Shown: positions 34,713 to 44,948 of the stretch, piece by piece
Numbering within the stretch: position 1 is the first letter of the stretch
Layout: each line of letters starts with the position of its first letter
Notes under the pieces: model-generated
Database searches by the model: none
Seen by the model: only the letters and a program-made list of their open reading frames with translations
Told to the model about the DNA's origin: nothing
Program-made: the position numbers and the translations under genes
From: a virus
Lineage: Duplodnaviria > Heunggongvirae > Uroviricota > Caudoviricetes
Reading direction: 5' to 3' (one strand)
IMG/VR virus record: IMGVR_UViG_3300028908_000001
Span: 1 to 64,000 of that record
DNA: 64,000 nucleotides

Positions 34713-36092
34713 ATGGAGTTACCACCTGATAAGGTTGAGTTGTTGCGGCGGCTTCTCCCGTATCGTGGAGCCACACTCCGAATAGCAGAAACACATCCTG
34801 AAGTGCTAACTGCGCTCTACGAACTTTTCGATGGTGTAGTTACCCGCGCGGCCCGTTTCTTGGGTTGTTGCAAAAAGCGCCTGCGGCGCGCTTGGCAGAC
34901 TGCGGGGCTAGAACCCAACAAGAACTACAATGTCAACCGCATTCCCGACCCCAATGATTATGTGGATGACATAGCCTATGCCAATGCTTATGATCGTGCG
35001 CAGCTAGCGGCGCAAATGGCCCCGCCCCAAGCGCTGGAAGAACTCGACCGTTTCATGCGGGAAAGTTCCGAGGTCAGCGATGGCGACGTGGCGGCCATCC
35101 TCGATCAGCTTGGCATCAGCATAGACGATGACTTCGACAGCATTTGGCGTGCTGTCACTGAGCTGCAGGATGCCCTGAAGCCCCTAAAGATTGAGCGCCG
35201 CACTACTACTTGGCACATCCCCGAGAATAAGCCCATCGGCATCGCGGCCCTCTCCGATATGCACATCGGTGCTGATGGTACCGATTATCGTGTCCTCGGG
35301 GCCGTTTTGAAACTCATCTACGATACCGATGGTATGTATATGGTCTGCCACGGCGACATCATCAACAACTATATCAGCCGCAGCCCCGACACCGAGAGGC
35401 ACAGCCAGGTGCTTTCACCTGCTGTTCAGAAAGAACTCGCCAAGCGCATCATGGAGCATTTCGGCATTAAGAAGAAGGTCATTGCTATCACGCGCGGCCA
35501 ACACGAAGCGTGGAGCATTCGCCAGGACGATTTCGACCCGGCGGCGTATTTCGCCAAACATGCAGACGCGGCCTATCTTGGCCCCGGCGGTGTTGTCCAT
35601 GCGGAATTCCCCGATGGTACTAAATACGTCTTTGGCATCTGGCACAAGTATCGGGGTTCTTCTATCTATGACGAGACGGCCCGCGCGAAACGTGCTTATA
35701 GAGAACACGGCGCGGGCCAATGGGATGTCACAATAGTCGGCGATAAGCACACTCCTGCGGTCAGCTACGAGATAGCCGTAGGCAAACTGTGTGCATTTGT
35801 CTGCTCGGGGGCCGCCAAGCTGGGCGACATGTATGCCGACGATTTGGGCTATATTGACCAGCGGCGCTTCATGGTTCCCGTTGTTATAATATGGCCCGAG
35901 AAGCGCAAGATGTGGCTGACTCTGGACTTCGTAGAAGGCGTACAATATCTAGAGTATGTGCGGCGGGCTTGGGATGAGCGCGCCAAAGAACAGATAAAAC
36001 AGGAAATTCACCAGGGGGCTACCAAAGACGGAAGGGCTACCGCTGGACGAAAGAGCCGAAAGAGCACCCGACGTCGAAAAGATAGTAAGTGA
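34713..36092 (+). CDS. calcineurin-like metallophosphoesterase
   Basis: SDMHIGADG (DxH), CHGDIIN (GD), TRGQHEAW (GNHE-like); a near-consensus promoter and GGAGG SD lie upstream. Confidence 0.75.
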   Translation: MELPPDKVELLRRLLPYRGATLRIAETHPEVLTALYELFDGVVTRAARFLGCCKKRLRRAWQTAGLEPNKNYNVNRIPDPNDYVDDIAYANAYDRAQLAAQMAPPQALEELDRFMRESSEVSDGDVAAILDQLGISIDDDFDSIWRAVTELQDALKPLKIERRTTTWHIPENKPIGIAALSDMHIGADGTDYRVLGAVLKLIYDTDGMYMVCHGDIINNYISRSPDTERHSQVLSPAVQKELAKRIMEHFGIKKKVIAITRGQHEAWSIRQDDFDPAAYFAKHADAAYLGPGGVVHAEFPDGTKYVFGIWHKYRGSSIYDETARAKRAYREHGAGQWDVTIVGDKHTPAVSYEIAVGKLCAFVCSGAAKLGDMYADDLGYIDQRRFMVPVVIIWPEKRKMWLTLDFVEGVQYLEYVRRAWDERAKEQIKQEIHQGATKDGRATAGRKSRKSTRRRKDSK

Positions 36093-36096
36093 TTTT

Positions 36097-36525
36097 GTGC
36101 GGGGGCACATGCCGGAAATTGCGCATGTTAAGATAGCGGTTTTCTTGAGCAGATGCAAGAGCGGGCCGAATGCTACGATATATACACTGGCAGGTAATAG
36201 CGAGCAACTCGGTGGCTATCATGTGGTGTTGGTGTTTCGCAAGAACTGGTGGGAGCGCACTGATGGGTACCAGCGGGCGTATGTTTTGCGCCACGAGCTG
36301 GAGCACATCGGGTGGCTGATAGACAGAGCGGTTATTGTTGATCACGACATTGACTTGGGCATCTTCTACAATGATCTGTTCTATCTGGATCAGGCCCCGC
36401 GTGGTACCCGCGCGGCAATCTATTACATGCTCAAGGCATTGGCAGATGCCTATGAGACAGATAGCCTGCGCGAGATCATGCGGCGCATAAGCCCACACAG
36501 GAGGCGTAAGAATGTATCTAACTGA
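36097..36525 (+). CDS. hypothetical protein with HExxH motif (HELEH), possible zincin-like
   Basis: 142 aa, GTG start. Confidence 0.5.
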   Translation: MRGHMPEIAHVKIAVFLSRCKSGPNATIYTLAGNSEQLGGYHVVLVFRKNWWERTDGYQRAYVLRHELEHIGWLIDRAVIVDHDIDLGIFYNDLFYLDQAPRGTRAAIYYMLKALADAYETDSLREIMRRISPHRRRKNVSN

Positions 36526-37174
36526 GGCATATATCCGCCAGCGGTTGCAAGAGTTGCGCATTCCCGAGTGTTTCCATGAGGCTATTGTAGCAAAGTGGCG
36601 CAAGGGCAATGCAGAACATGCCGACCAGGACGAGTCACAGCTGGACTACAGGGAGATGTTGTTACCCGAAGATGCAGATAGATTGTGTTATACTTTTATG
36701 GCCGAGGTGGCGGCGGATATGAGCGAGGACGAGTGGCGGATAGTATCAATGATACAACAGCAGGCCGCGGTGGTTTTCACGATGGCCGCCAGACTGGGCT
36801 GGACTTCGTTTCATGTGGGAGAGCCGCGGCGGCCAATAATCTACGTCGCGGGGCCATATAACGCTCCGACATGGGAAGAGAAACAACAAAACATCAAGCG
36901 GGCCGTCGAAGCAATGGCTGCTCTCTTGGAGAAGGGCTGGGCACCCATTGCTCCTCATGCTATGTATGGGGGTATGGAATATGAGTTCGATATTCCTGAA
37001 GAAGTCTTCGTAGACGCGGATTTAGCATTTCTTGACGCGGCGGCGGCTTTTCTGTATCTTGGCAGTAGCAAAGGTGCAGATCGCGAGCTTGCCATAGCGC
37101 GGGCCCGTGGTATACCCATATACTATGATGTAGAAAGCGTTCCTGAACGTGGTGAGATACATGTCGGCGAATGA
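36512..37174 (+). CDS. nucleoside 2-deoxyribosyltransferase-like/DUF4406-type protein (C-terminal domain)
   Basis: PIIYVAGPYNAPTWEEKQQNIKRAVEAMAALLEKGWAPIAPH and LYLGSSKGADRELAIARARGIPIY. Confidence 0.55.
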   Translation: MYLTEAYIRQRLQELRIPECFHEAIVAKWRKGNAEHADQDESQLDYREMLLPEDADRLCYTFMAEVAADMSEDEWRIVSMIQQQAAVVFTMAARLGWTSFHVGEPRRPIIYVAGPYNAPTWEEKQQNIKRAVEAMAALLEKGWAPIAPHAMYGGMEYEFDIPEEVFVDADLAFLDAAAAFLYLGSSKGADRELAIARARGIPIYYDVESVPERGEIHVGE

Positions 37175-37427
37175 GGCACTACTGGCTCTGCAGCGGCAAT
37201 TGGCAGAGGCCCAGAAGGTGGATATTGATAACCGCAAGCGGGCGTTGTTGCAGGAGATCGCCCGCATTGCAGAGCGCATACCAACTATCGAGGGCCAACT
37301 GCGCGGGCTAGCAGATGAATACAAAGCGTTAGGCGACAAACAGACGGCCGCCGACCTGGCGGCTATTGCTGATGAAATCCGCAAACGCGCGGCTGGTGTC
37401 ATTGAATTCGGCGCGGCTACACAGTAG
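37161..37427 (+). CDS. hypothetical coiled-coil protein
   Basis: 88-aa ORF. Confidence 0.45.
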   Translation: MSANEALLALQRQLAEAQKVDIDNRKRALLQEIARIAERIPTIEGQLRGLADEYKALGDKQTAADLAAIADEIRKRAAGVIEFGAATQ

Positions 37428-37429
37428 CG

Positions 37430-38608
37430 ATGTCTGTCACAATAATCTGGGGCGCCGATAGCGGCGCCGACATCAAACTCCCGTTTGCCGGGAACTGCGC
37501 CCTCGTCGGTACCCGCATAGTCGGTACCGGCAGCGGGGATGTGGCGCTCGCCTTCAATGAGTTCATACCCGATGAACATACTGTGGCGTTGTACCACATG
37601 AATGAAGCCGCATGGACGGGGGCGGAGGGGGAAGTGGTTGATAGCAGCGGGAATGGGTATCACGGGGCGGCTCGCAATGGGGCTACCACAACAAGTGGAT
37701 GGTTTGATCGTTGCGGAGAATTCGGTGACAGCCAGTACTGTAACGTACCTGCACTAGACGTTCTCATAGAGCCGCCGCTGACCACGGAGGTGTGGATATA
37801 TTGGCGCAGTCGAGGCCTCTATCTCCATCATGACATCGTGCGCAAACTATACAATATTCAGTGGGGCGTGCAAGATGTAGGGGAGGAGAATGGCAAGGTC
37901 TACTTGGATTTCTACAGCGATGTCGCACGGTACTCGTACCGTACGTCTGAGGCTATTATATCGCCAGAAACTTGGGGACATCTTGCAGTCGTAATAGCAG
38001 ATTACGAAGATGTCAGTTTGTATCTTAACGGTAATTCAGTGGACTTTGCCTTCCTTGGTGTTGCCTCTAATACATTTTATTATTCTCCACTGCGCATCAG
38101 CAGCGGTGAGTCTTGGGGAGGGTACTTGGATGAGTTGCGCATCAGCTCCACTGTCCGCTACACCTCCGACTTCAGCCCCCACCGCTACGAACCCGGAACA
38201 GTCACGGCGCGCTATCAGGTTGGTTCGCCCCAACGCATTACCGCCGTTGACTGGGGTGGCCTCCTGGGAGCGGACTACGGGGTGGTAACCAAAGTGGAGG
38301 TCAACACCACCAGTGGGTGGCGGGTTGTGGCCGAGGACCCAGCAGGTCTGACGCCGCCACTAACAAATCTCAGTTACATTACTGCCGGGCCGGATATTGT
38401 GAGAGTTACATTGGCACCAAGGGCTGATACACTGCAGAGTGAAACACCGGTGCTGGATTGGCTCAAAGTGGCATTCGAGCCTGTTGGACTGCCCCCGGCT
38501 CTGAGGGCTAGTTTGTTGCCACGGCGCTTGACAGCTTCTCTACAGCCCCGTAGACTAAAGGCAGAGCAAATAGGCAAACGCTTTATTGTCACATCGGCTG
38601 ACGAATAA
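37430..38608 (+). CDS. LamG/concanavalin-A-like lectin domain protein
   Basis: LamG-like pattern VALYHMNEAAWTGAEGEVVDSSGNGYHGAARNGATTTSGWFDRCGEFGDSQY...LYLNGNSV. Confidence 0.55.
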   Translation: MSVTIIWGADSGADIKLPFAGNCALVGTRIVGTGSGDVALAFNEFIPDEHTVALYHMNEAAWTGAEGEVVDSSGNGYHGAARNGATTTSGWFDRCGEFGDSQYCNVPALDVLIEPPLTTEVWIYWRSRGLYLHHDIVRKLYNIQWGVQDVGEENGKVYLDFYSDVARYSYRTSEAIISPETWGHLAVVIADYEDVSLYLNGNSVDFAFLGVASNTFYYSPLRISSGESWGGYLDELRISSTVRYTSDFSPHRYEPGTVTARYQVGSPQRITAVDWGGLLGADYGVVTKVEVNTTSGWRVVAEDPAGLTPPLTNLSYITAGPDIVRVTLAPRADTLQSETPVLDWLKVAFEPVGLPPALRASLLPRRLTASLQPRRLKAEQIGKRFIVTSADE

Positions 38609-38946
38609 TGCCAACAAAGGAACCCGAGACCTATACCATAGGCGAGAACTGCCCGATCCGTATCAAGATAACCGAAACGAGTGGTGCTTCTTTTGGCCTT
38701 GCTGCGTACTCCATCAAGATATATGACTCCGAAGGCACCCTCAAAGAGTCGGCGGATAGCACGAATGACCCTGACTTGTTTTTCTACTCCGGCGGCATTC
38801 TCTCTTACTACTGGGATGTGGACTCTGCCACCTATTCGGCGGGCACTTACTATGCCGTCTTTACCTTCACGACAGATAGTACGCCCGCCGAAACATATAA
38901 GAAACAGGTAAAACTCGAAGTGCGGGACGAACCCGACCTGTCGTAG
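38608..38946 (+). CDS. hypothetical protein (possibly beta-sandwich)
   Basis: 112-aa ORF. Confidence 0.5.
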   Translation: MPTKEPETYTIGENCPIRIKITETSGASFGLAAYSIKIYDSEGTLKESADSTNDPDLFFYSGGILSYYWDVDSATYSAGTYYAVFTFTTDSTPAETYKKQVKLEVRDEPDLS

Positions 38947-39354
38947 GTGTCTATCATGTGGGAAGCATTGCAGAGCTTTGCGCAGCAGGTTGTGGTACAA
39001 GTTTTGATCCCTTTGGCGACATTGCTGCTTCTTATGCTCGCCAGCATTTTGGTTAGTTGGCTATCGAAGCATTTGAACTTGGCGTGGGCTGAGAAGGCAT
39101 GGAACCGCCATGTGGGGCTGGTGGAACTTTTGGTGGCCGCCGCCGAGCAGCATCCTTCACTGCGGGGCAAGTCTGGGCACAGCAAACGCATGTGGGTTGC
39201 TAAGAAGCTCATGGAGTTCTTGGGTGAAGGGCAGTTCGACCCCGCGTTGTTCGATGTGCTGGTCGAAGCGGCGGTGCACAAACTGAAGGAGGGCGAGAGT
39301 GATGGGGTTGTTCGGGAGTCTGAGGAAGAAGTTGGAGAGGAAGTTGCTAAGTAA
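38947..39354 (+). CDS. membrane protein (single TM, possible holin-like)
   Basis: TM segment VVVQVLIPLATLLLLMLASILVSWL. Confidence 0.45.
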   Translation: MSIMWEALQSFAQQVVVQVLIPLATLLLLMLASILVSWLSKHLNLAWAEKAWNRHVGLVELLVAAAEQHPSLRGKSGHSKRMWVAKKLMEFLGEGQFDPALFDVLVEAAVHKLKEGESDGVVRESEEEVGEEVAK

Positions 39355-39505
39355 GCTGCGCGAGAAGGTAGCTCATGAAGTTTTGGAACGCGAAGGACCC
39401 AAGGTGGCTGCGCGTTTACAGCGTGAGCGCGGGCCACTTTCTGATAAGGAGTTGGAACTAATCTGGGCATGCATGGAATACTATACGGAGGAATTGTTGC
39501 GGTGA
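39299..39505 (+). CDS. hypothetical small protein (doubtful)
   Basis: 68-aa ORF overlapping the previous gene by 56 nt. Confidence 0.3.
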   Translation: MMGLFGSLRKKLERKLLSKLREKVAHEVLEREGPKVAARLQRERGPLSDKELELIWACMEYYTEELLR

Positions 39506-39518
39506 GCCGGGGGGACTA

Positions 39519-39773
39519 TTGTTGTCTGCGGAGTGGCTTGATGCATTGCGAAGGCTTTGCACGGAGCTACATTTGGGATATGCCGAGTTGGTGTCGTTTG
39601 GCTTGGCGGCATACATTGTATTATTGACGCGGCATTTCCGGCGGCTGTTGGATGATTACCAACAAGACCGCGAGATTATAAATCGGCTTGCGAATGCAGT
39701 GGACAACTGCACGCGGGCTATTGAGCGGTTGACAGATGAAGTGCGCTGGAAAATACGAGGAGGTGGCGAGTAG
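39519..39773 (+). CDS. small membrane protein
   Basis: TM segment LVSFGLAAYIVLLT. Confidence 0.45.
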   Translation: MLSAEWLDALRRLCTELHLGYAELVSFGLAAYIVLLTRHFRRLLDDYQQDREIINRLANAVDNCTRAIERLTDEVRWKIRGGGE

Positions 39774-39977
39774 GTGTATATCGCCCAGATAGCGCTGTTG
39801 ATGGTGGCCGCCGCCGCGATTGTTTGGTCTTTGTGGCTGGCCCGTGCCCACTGTCGGGGCCACCAGTGTCCGCCCAAATTACTTGAGCGCCAGGTGAATG
39901 GCATTGAGGAGCGCCTACGCCGAATGGCCCCTGACGATTGCGCTGAACCGGCCGATACCTTGCGGCACATTGCGTGA
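39774..39977 (+). CDS. small membrane protein
   Basis: GTG start; TM segment IAQIALLMVAAAAIVWSLWLA. Confidence 0.4.
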   Translation: MYIAQIALLMVAAAAIVWSLWLARAHCRGHQCPPKLLERQVNGIEERLRRMAPDDCAEPADTLRHIA

Positions 39978-39996
39978 CCTGCCCATAGAGCACCGC

Positions 39997-40470
39997 ATGT
40001 CTGCTTGGGTTGACGTTCCGCCCCAAGCGGACTTAATTGTTTGTGCAGAGCCTTTAGTAGCTGCACCACAGGTAGAGACGGCGCGGCCATTTATTGAGAC
40101 ACTTCTTTTGCAGACGCGCTGGCTTGTTGTCAACGTCCTCGCGAAGGAGCTTTTGCCCAGCATCCCTGAGCATTGCATTCTCCTGTACCGTCCCAGCATC
40201 TGGGCAGCCAACATTCCGTTGCAATTTTTACGGGGCCGCCCTGTTTGGATAGCCCGTGGGCATCCCAAAGACCAGTGGCGTGCGTTTCTTGATCTGCTTG
40301 TGGCGGGGGTTTACCCTGTAGGGGTGACATTAAATGTCACGCGAAAGGTATGGTCATATTCGTTCACGCCCATTAGCAACGATGGTACAATATGCACAGG
40401 CACGCAGAGCTTGGTACAAGCGTGGCGCAGGCGTGTGGCAGAAATATGCGCTCCTTATGTGGGCACATAA
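39997..40470 (+). CDS. hypothetical protein
   Basis: Internal Met start after the upstream stop. Confidence 0.4.
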   Translation: MSAWVDVPPQADLIVCAEPLVAAPQVETARPFIETLLLQTRWLVVNVLAKELLPSIPEHCILLYRPSIWAANIPLQFLRGRPVWIARGHPKDQWRAFLDLLVAGVYPVGVTLNVTRKVWSYSFTPISNDGTICTGTQSLVQAWRRRVAEICAPYVGT

Positions 40471-40573
40471 GCGACGGGTGATTAGTAAGCCGCCGTTTCG
40501 CCTGAAGGTACCACAGAGCAACATAGAGGAGCGTGTGCTCAGATGGATGAAGAGCGTGCTGAGCAAAAAGTAG
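40334..40573 (+). CDS. hypothetical basic small protein (doubtful)
   Basis: Overlaps both neighbours in other frames. Confidence 0.25.
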   Translation: MSRERYGHIRSRPLATMVQYAQARRAWYKRGAGVWQKYALLMWAHKRRVISKPPFRLKVPQSNIEERVLRWMKSVLSKK

Positions 40574-41097
40574 AAGAAACCATGTTGGCGCGGGCTGTTG
40601 ACGTATTCAGGGAAGAGCTATTGCCCGCGCGGCTATATGATATTGCAGATGAGAAACTTGTGGCAGCCTACATGCTATCGTGTGGCCAACCCACGACAGT
40701 TATAGCGGAGACACTTGGTGTGCCCTTGGGGGCACTCCATGCATGGCTTGCCTATGACGAAGAAGTCCGCGAGGCCATTGATAGGTTTAATGAGGTCCGC
40801 GAACAGGAGATATACAGCCGCGTCCTTGACATACTGGCTTCCTTGCTGCAGCGCGATGATCTCACGCCGGAACAGCTTATGTCTGTGCTTGGTCTTGGCT
40901 TGCGTATGAAGCATGGCAGCGACACACGTTCGCAGACGCGGCGGCGCATCGAACTCAAAGAACAAGAGCTTGATTTGAGGATGGCTGCGCTGCAGAGTCA
41001 GCACAAGCCGAGTTTCGATTGGGTGATAGAATTGAAAGAACAATCCGACGGCGTATTTAGCGCAGATGTACCGCAGCAAGACACAGATGAGAATTGA
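40543..41097 (+). CDS. putative terminase small subunit
   Basis: 184 aa immediately upstream of and overlapping TerL; HTH-like TTVIAETLGVPLGALHAWL. Confidence 0.45.
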   Translation: MDEERAEQKVEETMLARAVDVFREELLPARLYDIADEKLVAAYMLSCGQPTTVIAETLGVPLGALHAWLAYDEEVREAIDRFNEVREQEIYSRVLDILASLLQRDDLTPEQLMSVLGLGLRMKHGSDTRSQTRRRIELKEQELDLRMAALQSQHKPSFDWVIELKEQSDGVFSADVPQQDTDEN

Positions 41098-42907
41098 AGG
41101 CCCACGCGGGCCTTTACTGCTTCCTCCAGTTTGGACCCCCGATAACTGGAAGGCACTAAATCCTCAACTGCAACGCTTCATTTACGACGCTTGCACGGAC
41201 TTCAAGTTCTTCCTCCACAACGTTTTTCTGCCGTTTCATAGTGAAGTAGAGGGAGAGCCGTGGCCCACGAAACTACCGTGGCACATAGAGCAGTTGTGTA
41301 ATGACCTGCAGGCCGCGATCCCCGATGCATTGGTGCCATTCAAGAAGAGCGATCCTTCGCGGCCCATAATGGTTTGGATACTCCCCACGGGGCATTTCAA
41401 ATCCTCTACAGCTTATGCCCTGTCTTTGTGGCTCATAGGTATCAACCGCAGCGTCTCCATCCTTTCTATCTCGGCTTCGGGTGAGACAGCGGAGCGCATG
41501 GTGTCGGCTGTCAAGTTGCATCTTACCCAAAATCAGCGGTTCATAGATATTTTTGGCCCCGCGCGGCTGGATGACACGGAAGGTCCGTGGCAGGCGCGCA
41601 AGTTCACAGTAGAGCGCCCCATCAGGCGACAATCTCCCACGATGTTCGCCGCCGGTGTTGAGACCGAGATTGAGGGCCATCGCTATGACATTGCGATAGC
41701 CGACGATGTTACTACTGGGCGCAACAGTAGCACGCCGGGCAACCGCACGGCAGTCAAAGAAACCATGACGAAGGTTGTCTGGCAGCGTCTGCATCCGTCG
41801 CGGCGCATACTTCTCGTCATCGGCACGATGCATCATTCCGATGATTACCTGGCGTGGCTGAAGCGGCGGGCCGAAAGCGGCGATTCGATGGTACAACTGC
41901 GGTTGTTTCCTGCTGTATTGAGGGGTAAGTGGCCGCCCGATAAGAAGGACAGGTCGAAGCCATATCGTTTGCCCAATGGCACATGGAATGTCGAATGGGA
42001 CCCCGAACTAGAGGTGTTGTGGCCCGAATTCTGGACGCCCGAGCGGCTGTTAGAGGATTGGCTACAGGACCCTGGGGCTTTTGCATTGACACGCTTGCAT
42101 ATCATACAAGCCCCCGAAGGGCAGTTGTTCCCATTGGAAGTGCTCCAACATAACTGCCGCGCCGATGGAAAGGTCAACAATATGGGAGTTGAGAAACCCG
42201 CGATTACTGCTTGGCATCCCGAATGGGGGCGGGCACGCAACGAAGCAATGACTGCGCAGCAGGGACTGCGACTGAAGCGCATTGTTTTGGCTATTGATCC
42301 GGCGGCCACCGCGCCCAGGCCAGGCAAGGACCCAGACTACACAGCAATAGAGTTGTGGGGACTTACAGAGGACAACCTGCGCGTGTTACTGTGGCTTGAC
42401 CGTTTTCGCACGGGCAACCCGACGGCGGCCCGCGAACGTATTGCAGAACCCATCCGCGCATTTGAACCTGACGAAGTAGTATACGAAGCTCTTTCGATGG
42501 ACCGCTACTTTGCGATTGATTTGGCCAAGGAGATCGGTATGCCCATCAAGACGCGGCCGCTGACTAAGACGAAGGCCGAGGAGTTGAATGCGCTGGCGGG
42601 CTTCGCTGGTTCGGGCATGATGTTGTATGCGTGGGGCGACGAGCGCAGCGCGACGATGATGTCTGTGTTTGAGGATGAGCTGGCTTCCTATCCAGGTGCA
42701 CACGATGATACGGTGACAGCCGCGCTTCATGCATTTGCGCTGTTTAAGCAGAAGCGCGGGCCAGAAGGTGGAGAAGCCAAAATCTTGACAAGCGATGATG
42801 AAACAGTTGAAAATGGTGAAAAGAAAACACCGCGGCGACCGGAAGATGCTCCGCGGCCGTTTAATCTACCGCCGCGGCCGCTCGCCGTACCGGGACGGTT
42901 CTGGTAA
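41066..42907 (+). CDS. terL: terminase large subunit
   Basis: ATPase Walker-A-like ILPTGHFKSS, Walker B IAIADD, C-terminal RNase-H-like nuclease region (LAIDPAATAP...). Confidence 0.85.
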   Translation: MYRSKTQMRIEGPRGPLLLPPVWTPDNWKALNPQLQRFIYDACTDFKFFLHNVFLPFHSEVEGEPWPTKLPWHIEQLCNDLQAAIPDALVPFKKSDPSRPIMVWILPTGHFKSSTAYALSLWLIGINRSVSILSISASGETAERMVSAVKLHLTQNQRFIDIFGPARLDDTEGPWQARKFTVERPIRRQSPTMFAAGVETEIEGHRYDIAIADDVTTGRNSSTPGNRTAVKETMTKVVWQRLHPSRRILLVIGTMHHSDDYLAWLKRRAESGDSMVQLRLFPAVLRGKWPPDKKDRSKPYRLPNGTWNVEWDPELEVLWPEFWTPERLLEDWLQDPGAFALTRLHIIQAPEGQLFPLEVLQHNCRADGKVNNMGVEKPAITAWHPEWGRARNEAMTAQQGLRLKRIVLAIDPAATAPRPGKDPDYTAIELWGLTEDNLRVLLWLDRFRTGNPTAARERIAEPIRAFEPDEVVYEALSMDRYFAIDLAKEIGMPIKTRPLTKTKAEELNALAGFAGSGMMLYAWGDERSATMMSVFEDELASYPGAHDDTVTAALHAFALFKQKRGPEGGEAKILTSDDETVENGEKKTPRRPEDAPRPFNLPPRPLAVPGRFW

Positions 42908-44731
42908 ATGGAACGCATTCTAAAGTTGCGGACTAAGGATGGCCAAGAGATCGAAGCCGTGGTCATTGAAGACCCGCGGCCAGAAGTAGATGCACGCCTC
43001 ATCAAGGGTGTAGACGATCCCCTCGCGCCTCATTTTGTCCTTGAGCGCTCTGCCTTCCGGAACAAAGAACGCTACATTGCGCTAGAAAGCCCACAGGTCA
43101 TTGCCAAGCAATACGATCCGTTCTTCCGTTCGTACAACATCACTGATGTTGCGGAGCCGCCGGTGCCGCCGGGCTATTATGTCGAGATATATCGCCGCTG
43201 TCCTACTACTCGCGCGGTGATAGACGCTCGCGTGGCGGCTGTCGTGGGCCTCGGATATGATATTCGCTATAAGCCAGAAGTGGCGTGGCAGGGTCAACAC
43301 ACCACTCTCAAGGAACCCGATACTGCCGCGCTGAACCGTCGCGAGAAAATTTTGCGGGCAATCGAGAATTGCGGGGCACTCCTGTCCTTCCAGGAACTGC
43401 TGGAAGCCGTTTGGCTTGATGTGGAGCTTACAGGCAATGGCTATATTGAGCTGACCCGCGATGGCGAAGGTGAAGTAGATGGTTTCCGACACTTGCGCAG
43501 TGTAGAGGCGCGCATATCGAAGGACTACCGCGTTATCTATCAGATCAAGAACTATCAACCAGTGCAGGCATTCGCCATCTATGGTACGGAAGCCACGCAT
43601 CTATTGGTAGAGCCTATTCGCCAGAAGGTTGGCCGCGGCCATCGAGAACTTTGGAAGGTCGTGGGCCTCCACAAGACTGTTTCTCCGGATGAAGTGGAGA
43701 AATGGGGCGAGGAAGGTAGGGAGATACGTCCCACGCACGAGATGTTACATTTGAAACATTATTCGCCCGCGGACAGCATTTATGGCGAGCCGCCCATTTT
43801 GTCGGCCGTCGAAGATTACCTTGGTGGTCTTTATGCGCGGCTGTTTAATATAAGCTACTTCAATGCTGCTACAGTTCCGCGCATGATGATCATCGTCAAG
43901 GGCGGCGAACTGAACCCCAATGTCGAGGCGGCCATCAAGAACTTCTTGCGCGAGCAGGAAGCAATGGAAGCTCTCAACCAGTGCCTGCTTGTCACGGTGC
44001 AAGAGGGCATGGACGTACAGATAGAGAAGCTCAGCAGCGAGCAGCTACGCGACGCTGGCTTCATTGAATATCGCGAACAGTGTGACGCTGGTATTCGCCG
44101 GGCTTACAGAGTGCCGCGAAGCTGGGTTGGCGAAGTCGAAGGCGGCGGCCGCCAACAGGTTACAGAAGTCAATCAAAAGTTCCTGCAGGCCGTTGTGCGC
44201 CCACACCAGGTTCGCCTCGAGTCGGCGTTCAACCGTGTTTTCCGTGAGCGCCTCGGCGTGGACGATTGGGTACTTGTTCTGCATCAGCACCAGGTCATGG
44301 ACCGCGAAGTCTTCGCGCGATGGGCGGAGACTCTGCGGCGCAATGGTATAGCTACCATCAACGAACTCCGTGCGGAGATAGGCTTGGCACCGATACCCGG
44401 TGGCGATATTGCACACATTATGCCGATGGGCATGGGTGTTGTACCTGTCCAGTACTTGGCGGCATTAGCACGGGCGCTGCAAGAAGGCCGCGGCGATACA
44501 TTGCAAATAGAGAATCCAGCCGAGGGCTTGAAGCCCATGGGACTTGCGTTCTTGGCTGAGCCGAGGTTCGAGAAGCAGGCGGCGGCTGCCAAGAATGAGT
44601 GGATTAGGTTCTTGGGTTGGTTGCAGGCCGCGGCCGACAGCGGCACACTCGATAACATAGTTTCGTTGGTATCACCAGAACCAACACGGGTGGATGTTTC
44701 CGATGAAGACGAACCATCCGATGCAGACTGA
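42908..44731 (+). CDS. portal protein
   Basis: 607 aa directly after TerL; position and size are canonical. Confidence 0.75.
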   Translation: MERILKLRTKDGQEIEAVVIEDPRPEVDARLIKGVDDPLAPHFVLERSAFRNKERYIALESPQVIAKQYDPFFRSYNITDVAEPPVPPGYYVEIYRRCPTTRAVIDARVAAVVGLGYDIRYKPEVAWQGQHTTLKEPDTAALNRREKILRAIENCGALLSFQELLEAVWLDVELTGNGYIELTRDGEGEVDGFRHLRSVEARISKDYRVIYQIKNYQPVQAFAIYGTEATHLLVEPIRQKVGRGHRELWKVVGLHKTVSPDEVEKWGEEGREIRPTHEMLHLKHYSPADSIYGEPPILSAVEDYLGGLYARLFNISYFNAATVPRMMIIVKGGELNPNVEAAIKNFLREQEAMEALNQCLLVTVQEGMDVQIEKLSSEQLRDAGFIEYREQCDAGIRRAYRVPRSWVGEVEGGGRQQVTEVNQKFLQAVVRPHQVRLESAFNRVFRERLGVDDWVLVLHQHQVMDREVFARWAETLRRNGIATINELRAEIGLAPIPGGDIAHIMPMGMGVVPVQYLAALARALQEGRGDTLQIENPAEGLKPMGLAFLAEPRFEKQAAAAKNEWIRFLGWLQAAADSGTLDNIVSLVSPEPTRVDVSDEDEPSDAD

Positions 44732-44948
44732 TTATGATTATCCTGGTTGTCCGATTTGTGGCGCACTATTGAGCGACTTGCTTGATAAGAAGGACTTGGC
44801 AGAGGAGGAAGGTCGCGTAACTGTAACATGCACCGTATGCGGCAATGTCATAGAAGCGCGGCTGCCGTACAAAGGCAGATATTGGCTGGTGTATCCGTTC
44901 GTTAGCCGCCGCGGGCGCAAAAATACAAAAAGGAGGAAAAGGACTTGA
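44721..44948 (+). CDS. small zinc-ribbon protein
   Basis: CPIC...CTVC; basic tail. Confidence 0.45.
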   Translation: MQTDYDYPGCPICGALLSDLLDKKDLAEEEGRVTVTCTVCGNVIEARLPYKGRYWLVYPFVSRRGRKNTKRRKRT

